Positions 11,103-25,543 of a stretch of DNA of 64,000 nucleotides are shown piece by piece; position 1 is the stretch's first letter; each line of letters starts with the position of its first letter. Below the pieces are notes generated by a model, which worked only from the letters and a program-made list of their open reading frames with translations, searched no databases and was not told the origin of the DNA. The position numbers and the translations under genes were made by a program. Source of the stretch: Lingula anatina (lineage: Eukaryota; Animalia; Brachiopoda); contig CM120641.1 in NCBI GenBank assembly GCA_051362555.1, positions 23,876,401 through 23,940,400 of the forward strand, written 5' to 3'.

Positions 11103-14100
11103 ATGACCCGTCACCAATTTTTCCAAAAAGTGATGAAAATCAATTTACCACACCTATCATTCATAAAAAATGTGGAAACGCACCCGGATCACTTCATTAA
11201 AGCCCCCAATTTCAGCTTTAAAGATTGCCAGAAAGCACACCTGAGAACAGGATTTGGAGAGTGGGGGGGTGGAGAGAGTTTTTGCTCTATTTCTTCCTTA
11301 CTAATGATACAACCACTCTTTCAGTACTTTACCCTCACTACAAATGACCAAACACACCTACCTGACACAATATTGAAGAAAAAAAATTTTCATCCCTACC
11401 TGGCCAAAATTGAAGAAAACTGCCATATCCGGACCTTACGAAAATCACTCAAATTCACCCAAAAATGACCCGTCACCAATTTTTCCAAAAAGTGATGAAA
11501 ATCAATTTACCACACCTATCATTCATAAAAAATGTGGAAACGCGCCCGGATCACTACATTAAAGCCCCCAATTTCAGCTTTAAAGATTGCAAGAAAGCAC
11601 ACCTGAGAACAGGATTTGGAGAGGGGGGGTGGAGAGAGTTTTTGCTCTATTTCTTCCTTAATAATGATACAACCACTCTTTCAGTACTTTACCCTCACTA
11701 CAAATGACCAAACACACCTACCTGACACAATATTGAAGAAAAAAAATTTTCATCCCTACCTGGCCAAAATTGAAGAAAACTGCCATATCCGGACCTTACG
11801 AAAATCACTCAAAATCAACCAAAAATGACCCGTCACCAATTTTTCCAAAAAGTGATGAAAATCAATTTACCACACCTATCATTCATAAAAAATGTGGAAA
11901 CGTGCCCAGATAACTTCATTAAAGCCCCCAATTTCAGCTTTAAAGATTGCCAGAAAGCACACCTGAGAACAGGATTTGGAGAGGGGGGGGTGGAGAAAGA
12001 TTTTGCTCTATTTCTTCCTTAATAATGATACAACCACTCTTTCAGTACCTTACCCTCACTACAAATGACCAAACACACCTACCTGACACAATATTGAAGA
12101 AAAAAATTTTTCATCCCTACCTGGCCAAAATTGAAGAAAACTGCCATATCCGGACCTTACGAAAATCACTCAAATTCAACCAAAAATGACCCGTCACCAA
12201 TTTTTCCAAAAAGTGATGAAAATCAATTTACCACACCTATCATTCATAAAAAATGTGGAAACGCGCCCGGATCACTACATTAAAGCCCCCAATTTCAGCT
12301 TTAAAGATTGCAAGAAAGCACACCTGAGAACAGGATTTGGAGAGGGGGGGGTGGAGAGAGTTTTTGCTCTATTTCTTCCTTAATAATGATACAACCACTC
12401 TTTCAGTACTTTACCCTCACTACAAATGACCAAACACACCTACCTGACACAATATTGAAGAAAAAAAATTTTCATCCCTACCTGGCCAAAATTGAAGAAA
12501 ACTGCCATATCCGGACCTTACGAAAATCACTCAAAATCATCCAAAAATGACCCGTCACAAATTTTTCCAAAAAGTGATGAAAATCAATTTACCACACCTA
12601 TCATTCATAAAAAATGTGGAAACGCGCCCAGATCACTTCATTAAAGCCCCCAATTTCAGCTTTAAAGATTGCCAGAAAGCACACCTGAGAACAGGATTTG
12701 GAGAGTGGGGGGGTGGAGAGAGTTTTTGCTCTATTTCTTCCTTACTAATGATACAACCACTCTTTCAGTACTTTACCCTCACTACAAATGACCAAACACA
12801 CCTACCTGACACAATATTGAAGAAAAACATTTTTCATCCCTACCTGGCCAAAATTGAAGAAAACTGCCATATCCGGACCTTACGAAAATCACTCAAAATC
12901 ACCCAAAAATGACCCGTCACAAATTTTTCCAAAAAGTTATGAAAATCAATTTACCACACCTATCATTCATAAAAAATGTGGAAACGCGCCCGGATCACTT
13001 CATTAAAGCCCCCAATTTCAGCTTTAAAGATTGCCAGAAAGCACACCTGAGAACATGATTTGGAGAGGGGGGGGGGTGGAGAGAGTTTTTGCTCTATTTC
13101 TTCCTTAATAAAGATACAACCACTCTTTCAGTACTTTACCCTCACTACAAATGACCAAACACACCTACCTGACACAATATTGAAGAAAAAAAATTTTCAT
13201 CCCTACCTGGCCAAAATTGAAGAAAACTGCCATATCCGGACCTTACAAAAATCACTCAAAATCACCCAAAAATGACCCGTCACCAATTTTTCCAAAAAGT
13301 GATGAAAATCAATTTACCACACCTATCATTCATAAAAAATGTGGAAACGCACCCGGATCACTTCATTAAAGCCCCCAATTTCAGCTTTAAAGATTGCCAG
13401 AAAGCACACCTGAGAACAGGATTTGGAGAGTGGGGGGGTGGAGAGAGTTTTTGCTCTATTTCTTCCTTACTAATGATACAACCACTCTTTCAGTACTTTA
13501 CCCTCACTACAAATGACCAAACACACCTACCTGACACAATATTGAAGAAAAACATTTTTCATCCCTACCTGGCCAAAATTGAAGAAAACTGCCATATCCG
13601 GACCTTACGAAAATCACTCAAAATCACCCAAAAATGACCCGTCACAAATTTTTCCAAAAAGTTATGAAAATCAATTTACCACACCTATCATTCATAAAAA
13701 ATGTGGAAACGCGCCCGGATCACTTCATTAAAGCCCCCAATTTCAGCTTTAAAGATTGCCAGAAAGCACACCTGAGAACAGGATTTGGAGAGGGGGGGGG
13801 TGGAGAGAGTTTTTGCTCTATTTCTTCCTTAATAAAGATACAACCACTCTTTCAGTACTTTACCCTCACTACAAATGACCAAACACACCTACCTGACACA
13901 ATATTGAAGAAAAAAAATTTTCATCCCTACCTGGCCAAAATTGAAGAAAACTGCCATATCCGGACCTTACAAAAATCACTCAAAATCACCCAAAAATGAC
14001 CCGTCACCAATTTTTCCAAAAAGTGATGAAAATCAATTTACCACACCTATCATTCATAAAAAATGTGGAAACGCACCCGGATCACTTCATTAAAGCCCCC

Positions 14101-17100
14101 AATTTCAGCTTTAAAGATTGCCAGAAAGCACACCTGAGAACAGGATTTGGAGAGTGGGGGGGTGGAGAGAGTTTTTGCTCTATTTCTTCCTTACTAATGA
14201 TACAACCACTCTTTCAGTACCTTACCCTCACTACAAATGACCAAACACACCTACCTGACACAATATTGAAGAAAAAAAATTTTCATCCCTACCTGGCCAA
14301 AATTGAAGAAAACTGCCATATCCGGACCTTACGAAAATCACTCAAATTCAACCAAAAATGACCCGTCACCAATTTTTCCAAAAAGTGATGAAAATCAATT
14401 TACCACACCTATCATTCATAAAAAATGTGGAAACGCGCCCAGATCACTTCATTAAAGCCCCCAATTTCAGCTTTAAAGATTGCCAGAAAGCACACCTGAG
14501 AACAGGATTTGGAGAGTGGGGGGGTGGAGAGAGTTTTTGCTCTATTTCTTCCTTACTAATGATACAACCACTCTTTCAGTACTTTACCCTCACTACAAAT
14601 GACCAAACACACCTACCTGACACAATATTGAAGAAAAACATTTTTCATCCCTACCTGGCCAAAATTGAAGAAAACTGCCATATCCGGACCTTACGAAAAT
14701 CACTCAAAATCACCCAAAAATGACCCGTCACAAATTTTTCCAAAAAGTTATGAAAATCAATTTACCACACCTATCATTCATAAAAAATGTGGAAACGCGC
14801 CCGGATCACTTCATTAAAGCCCCCAATTTCAGCTTTAAAGATTGCCAGAAAGCACACCTGAGAACAGGATTTGGAGAGGGGGGGGGGTGGAGAGAGTTTT
14901 TGCTCTATTTCTTCCTTAATAAAGATACAACCACTCTTTCAGTACTTTACCCTCACTACAAATGACCAAACACACCTACCTGACACAATATTGAAGAAAA
15001 AAAATTTTCATCCCTACCTGGCCAAAATTGAAGAAAACTGCCATATCCGGACCTTACAAAAATCACTCAAAATCACCCAAAAATGACCCGTCACCAATTT
15101 TTCCAAAAAGTGATGAAAATCAATTTACCACACCTATCATTCTTAAAAAATGTGGAAACGCACCCGGATCACTTCATTAAAGCCCCCAATTTCAGCTTTA
15201 AAGATTGCCAGAAAGCACACCTGAGAACAGGATTTGGAGAGTGGGGGGGGTGGAGAGAGTTTTTGCTCTATTTCTTCCTTACTAATGATACAACCACTCT
15301 TTCAGTACTTTACCCTCACTACAAATGACCAAACACACCTACCTGACACAATATTGAAGAAAAAAAATTTTCATCCCTACCTGGCCAAAATTGAAGAAAA
15401 CTGCCATATCCGGACCTTACGAAAATCACTCAAATTCAACCAAAAATGACCCGTCACCAATTTTTCCAAAAAGTGATGAAAATCAATTTACCACACCTAT
15501 CATTCATAAAAAATGTGGAAACGCGCCCGGATCACTACATTAAAGCCCCCAATTTCAGCTTTAAAGATTGCAAAAAAGCACACCTGAGAACAGGATTTGG
15601 AGAGGGGGGGTGGAGAGAGTTTTTGCTCTATTTCTTCCTTAATAATGATACAACCACTCTTTCAGTACTTTACCCTCACTACAAATGACCAAACACACCT
15701 ACCTGACACAATATTGAAGAAAAAAAATTTTCATCCCTACCTGGCCAAAATTGAAGAAAACTGCCATATCCGGACCTTACGAAAATCACTCAAAATCAAC
15801 CAAAAATGACCCGACACCAATTTTTCCAAAAAGTGATGAAAATCAATTTACCACACCTATCATTCATAAAAAATGTGGAAACGTGCCCAGATAACTTCAT
15901 TAAAGCCCCCAATTTCAGCTTTAAAGATTGCCAGAAAGCACACCTGAGAACAGAATTTGGAGAGGGGGGGGGTGGAGAAAGATTTTGCTCTATTTCTTCC
16001 TTAATAATGATACAACCACTCTATCAGTACCTTACCCTCACTACAAATGACCAAACACACCTACCTGACACAATATTGAAGAAAAAAATTTTTCATCCCT
16101 ACCTGGCCAAAATTGAAGAAAACTGCCAAACCCGGACCTTACGAAAATCACTCAAAATCACCCAAAAATGACCCGTCACAAATTTTTCCAAAAAGTTATG
16201 AAAATCAATTAACCACACCTATCATTCATAAAAAATGTGGAAACGCGCCCGGATCACTACATTAAAGCCCCCAATTTCAGCTTTAAAGATTGCAAGAAAG
16301 CACACCTGAGAACAGGATTTGGAGAGTGGGGGGGTGGAGAGAGTTTTTGCTCTATTTCTTCCTTAATAATGATACAACCACTCTTTCAGTACTTTACCCT
16401 CACTACAAATGACCAAACACACCTACCTGACACAATATTGAAGAAAAAAAATTTTCATCCCTACCTGGCCAAAATTGAAGAAAACTGCCATATCCGGACC
16501 TTACAAAAATCACTCAAAATCACCCAAAAATGACCCGTCACCAATTTTTCCAAAAAGTGATGAAAATCAATTTACCACACCTATCATTCATAAAAAATGT
16601 GGAAACGCACCCGGATCACTTCATTAAAGCCCCCAATTTCAGCTTTAAAGATTGCCAGAAAGCACACCTGAGAACAGGATTTGGAGAGTGGGGGGGTGGA
16701 GAGAGTTTTTGCTCTATTTCTTCCTTACTAATGATACAACCACTCTTTCAGTACTTTACCCTCACTACAAATGACCAAACACACCTACCTGACACAATAT
16801 TGAAGAAAAAAATTTTTCATCCCTACCTGGCCAAAATTGAAGAAAACTGCCATATCCGGACCTTACGAAAATCACTCAAATTCACCCAAAAATGACCCGT
16901 CACCAATTTTTCCAAAAAGTGATGAAAATCAATTTACCACACCTATCATTCATAAAAAATGTGGAAACGCGCCCGGATCACTACATTAAAGCCCCCAATT
17001 TCAGCTTTAAAGATTGCAAGAAAGCACACCTGAGAACAGGATTTGGAGAGGGGGGGGTGGAGAGAGTTTTTGCTCTATTTCTTCCTTAATAATGATACAA

Positions 17101-18659
17101 CCACTCTTTCAGTACTTTACCCTCACTACAAATGACCAAACACACCTACCTGACACAATATTGAAGAAAAAAAATTTTCATCCCTACCTGGCCAAAATTG
17201 AAGAAAACTGCCATATCCGGACCTTACGAAAATCACTCAAAATCACCCAAAAATGACCCGTCACAAATATTTCCAAAAAGTGATGAAAATCAATTTACCA
17301 CACCTATCATTCATAAAAAATGTGGAAACGCGCCCGGATCACTTCATTAAAGCCCCCAATTTCAGCTTTAAAGATTGCCAGAAAGCACACCTGAGAACAG
17401 GATTTGGAGAGTGGGGGGGTGGAGAGAGTTTTTGCTCTATTTCTTCCTTACTAATGATACAACCACTCTTTCAGTACTTTACCCTCACTACAAATGACCA
17501 AACACACCTACCTGACACAATATTGAAGAAAAACATTTTTCATCCCTACCTGGCCAAAATTGAAGAAAACTGCCATATCCGGACGTTACGAAAATCACTC
17601 AAAATCACCCAAAAATGACCCGTCACAAATTTTTCCAAAAAGTTATGAAAATCAATTTACCACACCTATCATTCATAAAAAATGTGGAAACGCGCCCGGA
17701 TCACTTCATTAAAGCCCCCAATTTCAGCTTTAAAGATTGCCAGAAAGCACACCTGAGAACAGGATTTGGAGAGGGGGGGGGGTGGAGAGAGTTTTTGCTC
17801 TATTTCTTCCTTAATAAAGATACAACCACTCTTTCAGTACTTTACCCTCACTACAAATGACCAAACACACCTACCTGACACAATATTGAAGAAAAAAAAA
17901 TTTTCATCCCTACCTGGCCAAAATTGAAGAAAACTGCCATATCCGGACCTTACAAAAATCACTCAAAATCACCCAAAAATGACCCGTCACCAATTTTTCC
18001 AAAAAGTGATGAAAATCAATTTACCACACCTATCATTCATAAAAAATGTGGAAACGCACCCGGATCACTTCATTAAAGCCCCCAATTTCAGCTTTAAAGA
18101 TTGCCAGAAAGCACACCTGAGAACAGGATTTGGAGAGTGGGGGGGTGGAGAGAGTTTTTGCTCTATTTCTTCCTTACTAATGATACAACCACTCTTTCAG
18201 TACTTTACCCTCACTACAAATGACCAAACACACCTACCTGACACAATATTGAAGAAAAAAAATTTTCATCCCTACCTGGCCAAAATTGAAGAAAACTGCC
18301 ATATCCGGACCTTACAAAAATCACTCAAAATCACCCAAAAATGACCCGTCACCAATTTTTCCAAAAAGTGATGAAAATCAATTTACCACACCTATCATTC
18401 ATAAAAAATGTGGAAACGCACCCGGATCACTTCATTAAAGCCCCCAATTTCAGCTTTAAAGATTGCCAGAAAGCACACCTGAGAACAGGATTTGGAGAGT
18501 GGGGGGGTGGAGAGAGTTTTTGCTCTATTTCTTCCTTACTAATGATACAACCACTCTTTCAGTACTTTACCCTCACTACAAATGACCAAACACACCTACC
18601 TGACACAATATTGAAGAAAAACATTTTTCATCCCTACCTGGCCAAAATTGAAGAAAACT

Positions 18660-20700
18660 GCCATATTCGGACGTTACGAAAATCACTCAAAATCACCCAA
18701 AAATGACCCGTCACAAATTTTTCCAAAAAGTTATGAAAATCAATTTACCACACCTATCATTCATAAAAAATGTGGAAACGCGCCCGGATCACTTCATTAA
18801 AGCCCCCAATTTCAGCTTTAAAGATTGCCAGAAAGCACACCTGAGAACAGGATTTGGAGAGGGGGGGGGTGGAGAGAGTTTTTGCTCTATTTCTTCCTTA
18901 ATAAAGATACAACCACTCTTTCAGTACTTTACCCTCACTACAAATGACCAAACACACCTACCTGACACAATATTGAAGAAAAAAAAATTTTCATCCCTAC
19001 CTGGCCAAAATTGAAGAAAACTGCCATATCCGGACCTTACAAAAATCACTCAAAATCACCCAAAAATGACCCGTCACCAATTTTTCCAAAAAGTGATGAA
19101 AATCAATTTACCACACCTATCATTCATAAAAAATGTGGAAACGCACCCGGATCACTTCATTAAAGCCCCCAATTTCAGCTTTAAAGATTGCCAGAAAGCA
19201 CACCTGAGAACAGGATTTGGAGAGTGGGGGGGTGGAGAGAGTTTTTGCTCTATTTCTTCCTTACTAATGATACAACCACTCTTTCAGTACTTTACCCTCA
19301 CTACAAATGACCAAACACACCTACCTGACACAATATTGAAGAAAAAAAATTTTCATCCCTACCTGGCCAAAATTGAAGAAAACTGCCATATCCGGACCTT
19401 ACGAAAATCACTCAAATTCACCCAAAAATGACCCGTCACCAATTTTTCCAAAAAGTGATGAAAATATATTTACCACACCTATCATTCATAAAAAATGTGG
19501 AAACGCGCCCGGATCACTACATTAAAGCCCCCAATTTCAGCTTTAAAGATTGCAAGAAAGCACACCTGAGAACAGGATTTGGAGAGTGGGGGGGTGGAGA
19601 GAGTTTTTGCTCTATTTCTTCCTTAATAATGATACAACCACTCTTTCAGTACTTTACCCTCACTACAAATGACCAAACACACCTACCTGACACAATATTG
19701 AAGAAAAACATTTTTCATCCCTACCTGGCCAAAATTGAAGAAAACTGCCATATTCGGACGTTACGAAAATCACTCAAAATCACCCAAAAATGACCCGTCA
19801 CAAATTTTTCCAAAAAGTTATGAAAATCAATTTACCACACCTATCATTCATAAAAAATGTGGAAACGCGCCCGGATCACTTCATTAAAGCCCCCAATTTC
19901 AGCTTTAAAGATTGCCAGAAAGCACACCTGAGAACAGGATTTGGAGAGGGGGGGGGGTGGAGAGAGTTTTTGCTCTATTTCTTCCTTAATAAAGATACAA
20001 CCACTCTTTCAGTACTTTACCCTCACTACAAATGACCAAACACACCTACCTGACACAATATTGAAGAAAAAAAAATTTTCATCCCTACCTGGCCAAAATT
20101 GAAGAAAACTGCCATATCCGGACCTTACAAAAATCACTCAAAATCACCCAAAAATGACCCATCACCAATTTTTCCAAAAAGTGATGAAAATCAATTTACC
20201 ACACCTATCATTCATAAAAAATGTGGAAACGCACCCGGATCACTTCATTAAAGCCCCCAATTTCAGCTTTAAAGATTGCCAGAAAGCACAAATGAGAACA
20301 GGATTTGGAGAGTGGGGGGGTGGAGAGAGTTTTTGCTCTATTTCTTCCTTACTAATGATACAACCACTCTTTCAGTACTTTACCCTCACTACAAATGACC
20401 AAACACACCTACCTGACACAATATTGAAGAAAAAAAATTTTCATCCCTACCTGGCCAAAATTGAAGAAAACTGCCATATCCGGACCTTACGAAAATCACT
20501 CAAATTCACCCAAAAATGACCCGTCACCAATTTTTCCAAAAAGTGATGAAAATATATTTACCACACCTATCATTCATAAAAAATGTGGAAACGCGCCCGG
20601 ATCACTACATTAAAGCCCCCAATTTCAGCTTTAAAGATTGCAAGAAAGCACACCTGAGAACAGGATTTGGAGAGGGGGGTGGAGAGAGTTTTTGCTCTAT
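18660..20700 (+). repeat. Tandem duplication of a 3-monomer block (~1087-bp period)
   Basis: Markers TATTCGGACGTTAC (~18664, ~19751), an extra A in the A tract (~18985, ~20073) and AAAATATATTT (~19461, ~20549) recur at one period. Confidence 0.85.
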
Positions 20701-23700
20701 TTCTTCCTTAATAATGATACAACCACTCTTTCAGTACTTTACCCTCACTACAAATGACCAAACACACCTACCTGACACAATATTGAAGAAAAAAAATTTT
20801 CATCCCTACCTGGCCAAAATTGAAGAAAACTGCCATATCCGGACCTAACGAAAATCACTCAAAATCACCCAAAAATGACCCGTCACCAATTTTTCCAAAA
20901 AGTGATGAAAATCAATTTACCACACCTATCATTCATAAAAAATGTGGAAACGTGCCCAGATAACTTCATTAAAGCCCCCAATTTCAGCTTTAAAGATTGC
21001 CAGAAAGCACACCTGAGAACAGGATTTGGAGAGGGGGGGGGGGTGGAGAAAGATTTTGCTCTATTTCTTCCTTAATAATGATACAACCACTCTTTCAGTA
21101 CCTTACCCTCACTACAAATGACCAAACACACCTACCTGACACAATATTGAAGAAAAAAAATTTTCATCCCTACCTGGCCAAAATTGAAGAAAACTGCCAA
21201 ACCCAGACCTTACGAAAATCACTCAAAATCACCCAAAAATGACCCGTCACAAATTTTTCCAAAAAGTTATGAAAATCAATTAACCACACCTATCATTCAT
21301 AAAAAATGTGGAAACGTGCCCGGATCACTACATTAAAGCCCCCAATTTCAGCTTTAAAGATTGCAAGAAAGCACACCTGAGAACAGGATTTGGAGAGGGG
21401 GGGGTGGAGAGAGTTTTTGCTCTATTTCTTCCTTAATAATGATACAACCACTCTTTCAGTACTTTACCCTCACTACAAATGACCAAACACACCTACCTGA
21501 CACAATATTGAAGAAAAAAAATTTTCATCCCTACCTGGCCAAAATTGAAGAAAACTGCCATATCCGGACCTTACGAAAATCACTCAAAATCACCCAAAAA
21601 TGACCCGTCACAAATTTTTCCAAAAAGTGATGAAAATCAATTTACCACACCTATCATTCATAAAAAATGTGGAAACGCGCCCGGATCACTTCATTAAAGC
21701 CCCCAATTTCAGCTTTAAAGATTGCCAGAAAGCACACCTGAGAACAGGATTTGGAGAGTGGGGGGGGGGTGGAGAGAGTTTTTGCTCTATTTCTTCCTTA
21801 CTAATGATACAACCACTCTTTCAATACTTTACCCTCACTACAAATGACCAAACACACCTACCTGACACAATATTGAAGAAAAACATTTTTCATCCCTACC
21901 TGGCCAAAATTGAAGAAAACTGCCATATCCGTACCTTACGAAAATCACTCAAAATCAACCAAAAATGACCCGTCACCAATTTTTCCAAAAAGTGATGAAA
22001 ATCAATTTACCACACCTATCATTCATAAAAAATGTGGAAACTTGCCCAGATAACTTCATTAAAGCCCCCAATTTCAGCTTTAAAGATTGCCAGAAAGCAC
22101 ACCTGAGAACAGGATTTGGAGAGGGGGGGGGGTGGAGAAAGATTTTGCTCTATTTCTTCCTTAATAATGATACAACCACTCTTTCAGTACTTTACCCTCA
22201 CTACAAATGACCAAACACACCTACCTGACACAATATTGAAGAAAAAAATTTTTCATCCCTACCTGGCCAAAATTGAAGAAAACTGCCATATCCAGACCTT
22301 ACGAAAATCACTCAAATTCACCCAAAAATGACCCGTCACCAATTTTTCCAAAAAGTGATGAAAATCAATTTACCACACCTATCATTCATAAAAAATGTGG
22401 AAACGCGCCCGGATCACTACATTAAAGCCCCCAATTTCAGCTTTAAAGATTGCAAGAAAGCACACCTGAGAACAGGATTTGGAGAGGGGGGGGTGGAGAA
22501 AGATTTTGCTCTATTTCTTCCTTAATAATGATACAACCACTCTTTCAGTACCTTACCCTCACTACAAATGACCAAACACACCTACCTGACACAATATTGA
22601 AGAAAAAAATTTTTCATCCCTACCTGGCCAAAATTGAATAAAACTGCCAAACCCGGACCTTACGAAAATCACTAAAAATCACCCAAAAATGACCCGTCAC
22701 AAATTTTTCCAAAATGAAAATCAATTTACCACACCTATCATTCATAAAAAATGTGGAAATGCGCCCGGATCACTACATTAAAGCCCCCAATTTCAGATTT
22801 AAAGATTGCCAGAAAGCACACCTGAGAACAGGATTTGGAGGGGGGGGGGTGGAGAGAGTTTTTGCTCTATTTCTTCCTTAATAATGATACAACCACTCTT
22901 TCAGTACTTTACCCTCACTACAAATGACCAAACACACCTACCTGACACAATATTGAAGAAAAAAAATTTTCATCCCTACCTGGCCAAAATTGAAGAAAAC
23001 TGCCATATCCGGACCTTACGAAAATCACTCAAAATCACCCAAAAATGACCCGTCACCAATTTTTCCAAAAAGTGATGAAAATCAATTTACCACACCTATC
23101 ATTCATAAAAAATGTGGAAACGCGCCCAGATAACTTCATTAAAGCCCCCAATTTCAGCTTTAAAGATTGCAAGAAAGCACACCTGAGAACAGGATTTGGA
23201 GAGGGGGGGGTGGAGAGAGTTTTTGCTCTATTTCTTCCTTAATAATGATACAACCACTCTTTCAGTACTTTACCCTCACTACAAATGACCAAACACACCT
23301 ACCTGACACAATGTTGAAGAAAAACATTTTTCATCCCTACCTGGCCAAAATTGAAGAAAACTGCCATATCCGGACCTTACGAAAATCACTCAAAATCACC
23401 CAAAAATGACCCTTGACAAATTTTTCCAAAAAGTTATGAAAATCAATTTACCACACCTATCATTCATAAAAAATGTGGAAACGCACCCGGATCACTTCAT
23501 TAAAGCCCCCAATTTCAGCTTTAAAGATTGCAAGAAAGCACACCTGAGAACAGGATTTGGAGAGGGGGGGGGGGTGGAGAGAGTTTTTGCTCTATTTCTT
23601 CCTTAATAATGATACAACCACTCTTTCAGTACTTTACCCTCACTACAAATGACCAAACACACCTACCTGACACAATATTGAAGAAAAAAAATTTTCATCC

Positions 23701-25459
23701 CTACCTGGCCAAAATTGAAGAAAACTGCCATATCCGGACCTTACGAAAATCACTCAAAATCACCCAAAAATGACCCGTCACAAATTTTTCCAAAAAGTGA
23801 TGAAAATCAATTTACCACACCTATCATTCATAAAAAATGTGGAAACGCGCCCGGATCACTACATTAAAGCCTCCAATTTCAGCTTTAAAGATTGCAAGAA
23901 AGCACACCTGAGAACAGGATTTGGAGAGGGGGGGGTGGAGAAAGATTTTGCTCTATTTCTTCCTTAATAATGATACAACCACTCTTTCAGTACCTTACCC
24001 TCACTACAAATGACCAAACACACCTACCTGACACAATATTGAAGAAAAAAATTTTTCATCCCTACCTGGCCAAAATTGAAGAAAACTGCCAAACCCGGAC
24101 CTTACGAAAATCACTCAAAATCACCCAAAAATGACCCGTCACAAATTTTTCCAAAATGAAAATCAATTTACCACACCTATCATTCATAAAAAATGTGGAA
24201 ATGCGCCCGGATCACTACATTAAAAGCCCCCAATTTCAGCTTTAAAGATTGCCAGAAAGCACACCTGAGAACAGGATTTGGAGGGGGGGGGTGGAGAGAG
24301 TTTTTGCTCTATTTCTTCCTTAATAATGATACAACCACTCTTTCAGTACTTTACCCTCACTACAAATGACCAAACACACCTACCTGACACAATATTGAAG
24401 AAAAAAAATTTTCATCCCTACCTGGCCAAAATTGAAGAAAACTGCCATATCCGGACCTTACGAAAATTACTCAAAATCACCCAAAAATGACCCGTCACCA
24501 ATTTTTCCAAAAAGTGATGAAAATCAATTTACCACACCTATCATTCATAAAAAATGTGGAAACGTGCCCAGATAACTTCATTAAAGCCCCCAATTTCAGC
24601 TTTAAAGATTGCCAGAAAGCACACCTGAGAACAGGATTTGGAGAGGGGGGGTGGAGAGAGTTTTTGCTCTATTTCTTCCTTAATAATGATACAACCACTC
24701 TTTCAGTACCTTACCCTCACTACAAATGACCAAACACACCTACCTGACACAATATTGAAGAAAAAAAATTTTCATCCCTACCTGGCCAAAATTGAAGAAA
24801 ACTGCCATATCCGGACCTTACGAAAATCACTCAAATTCACCCAAAAATGACCCGTCACCAATTTTTCCAAAAAGTGATGAAAATCAATTTACCACACCTA
24901 TCATTCATAAAAAATGTGGAAACGCGCCCGGATCACTACATTAAAGCCCCCAATTTCAGCTTTAAAGATTGCAAGAAAGCACACCTGAGAACAGGATTTG
25001 GAGAGGGGGGGTGGAGAGAGTTTTTGCTCTATTTCTTCCTTAATAATGATACAACCACTCTTTCAGTACTTTACCCTCACTACAAATGACCAAACACACC
25101 TACCTGACACAATATTGAAGAAAAAAAATTTTCATCCCTACCTGGCCAAAATTGAAGAAAACTGCCATATCCGGACCTTACGAAAATCACTCAAAATCAA
25201 CCAAAAATGACCCGTCACCAATTTTTCCAAAAAGTGATGAAAATCAATTTACCACACCTATCATTCATAAAAAATGTGGAAACGTGCCCAGATAACTTCA
25301 TTAAAGCCCCCAATTTCAGCTTTAAAGATTGCCAGAAAGCACACCTGAGAACAGGATTTGGAGAGGGGGGGGTGGAGAAAGATTTTGCTCTATTTCTTCC
25401 TTAATAATGATACAACCACTCTTTCAGTACCTTACCCTCACTACAAATGACCAAACACA

Positions 25460-25543
25460 CCTACCTGACACAATATTGAAGAAAAAAATTTTTCATCCCT
25501 ACCTGACACAATATTGAAGAAAAAAATTTTTCATCCCTACCTG
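25460..25543 (+). repeat. 38-bp tandem duplication inside a monomer (copy 1 of 4)
   Basis: CCTACCTG occurs at 25460, 25498 and 25536. Monomer 25207-25605 is 399 bp. Confidence 0.95.

Noticed and set aside
10746-11468. 240-aa ORF (and the 198-aa ORF at 2551) as a distinct longer gene
   Set aside because: These are two monomer frames joined by the 11-bp deletion plus G-tract length change.
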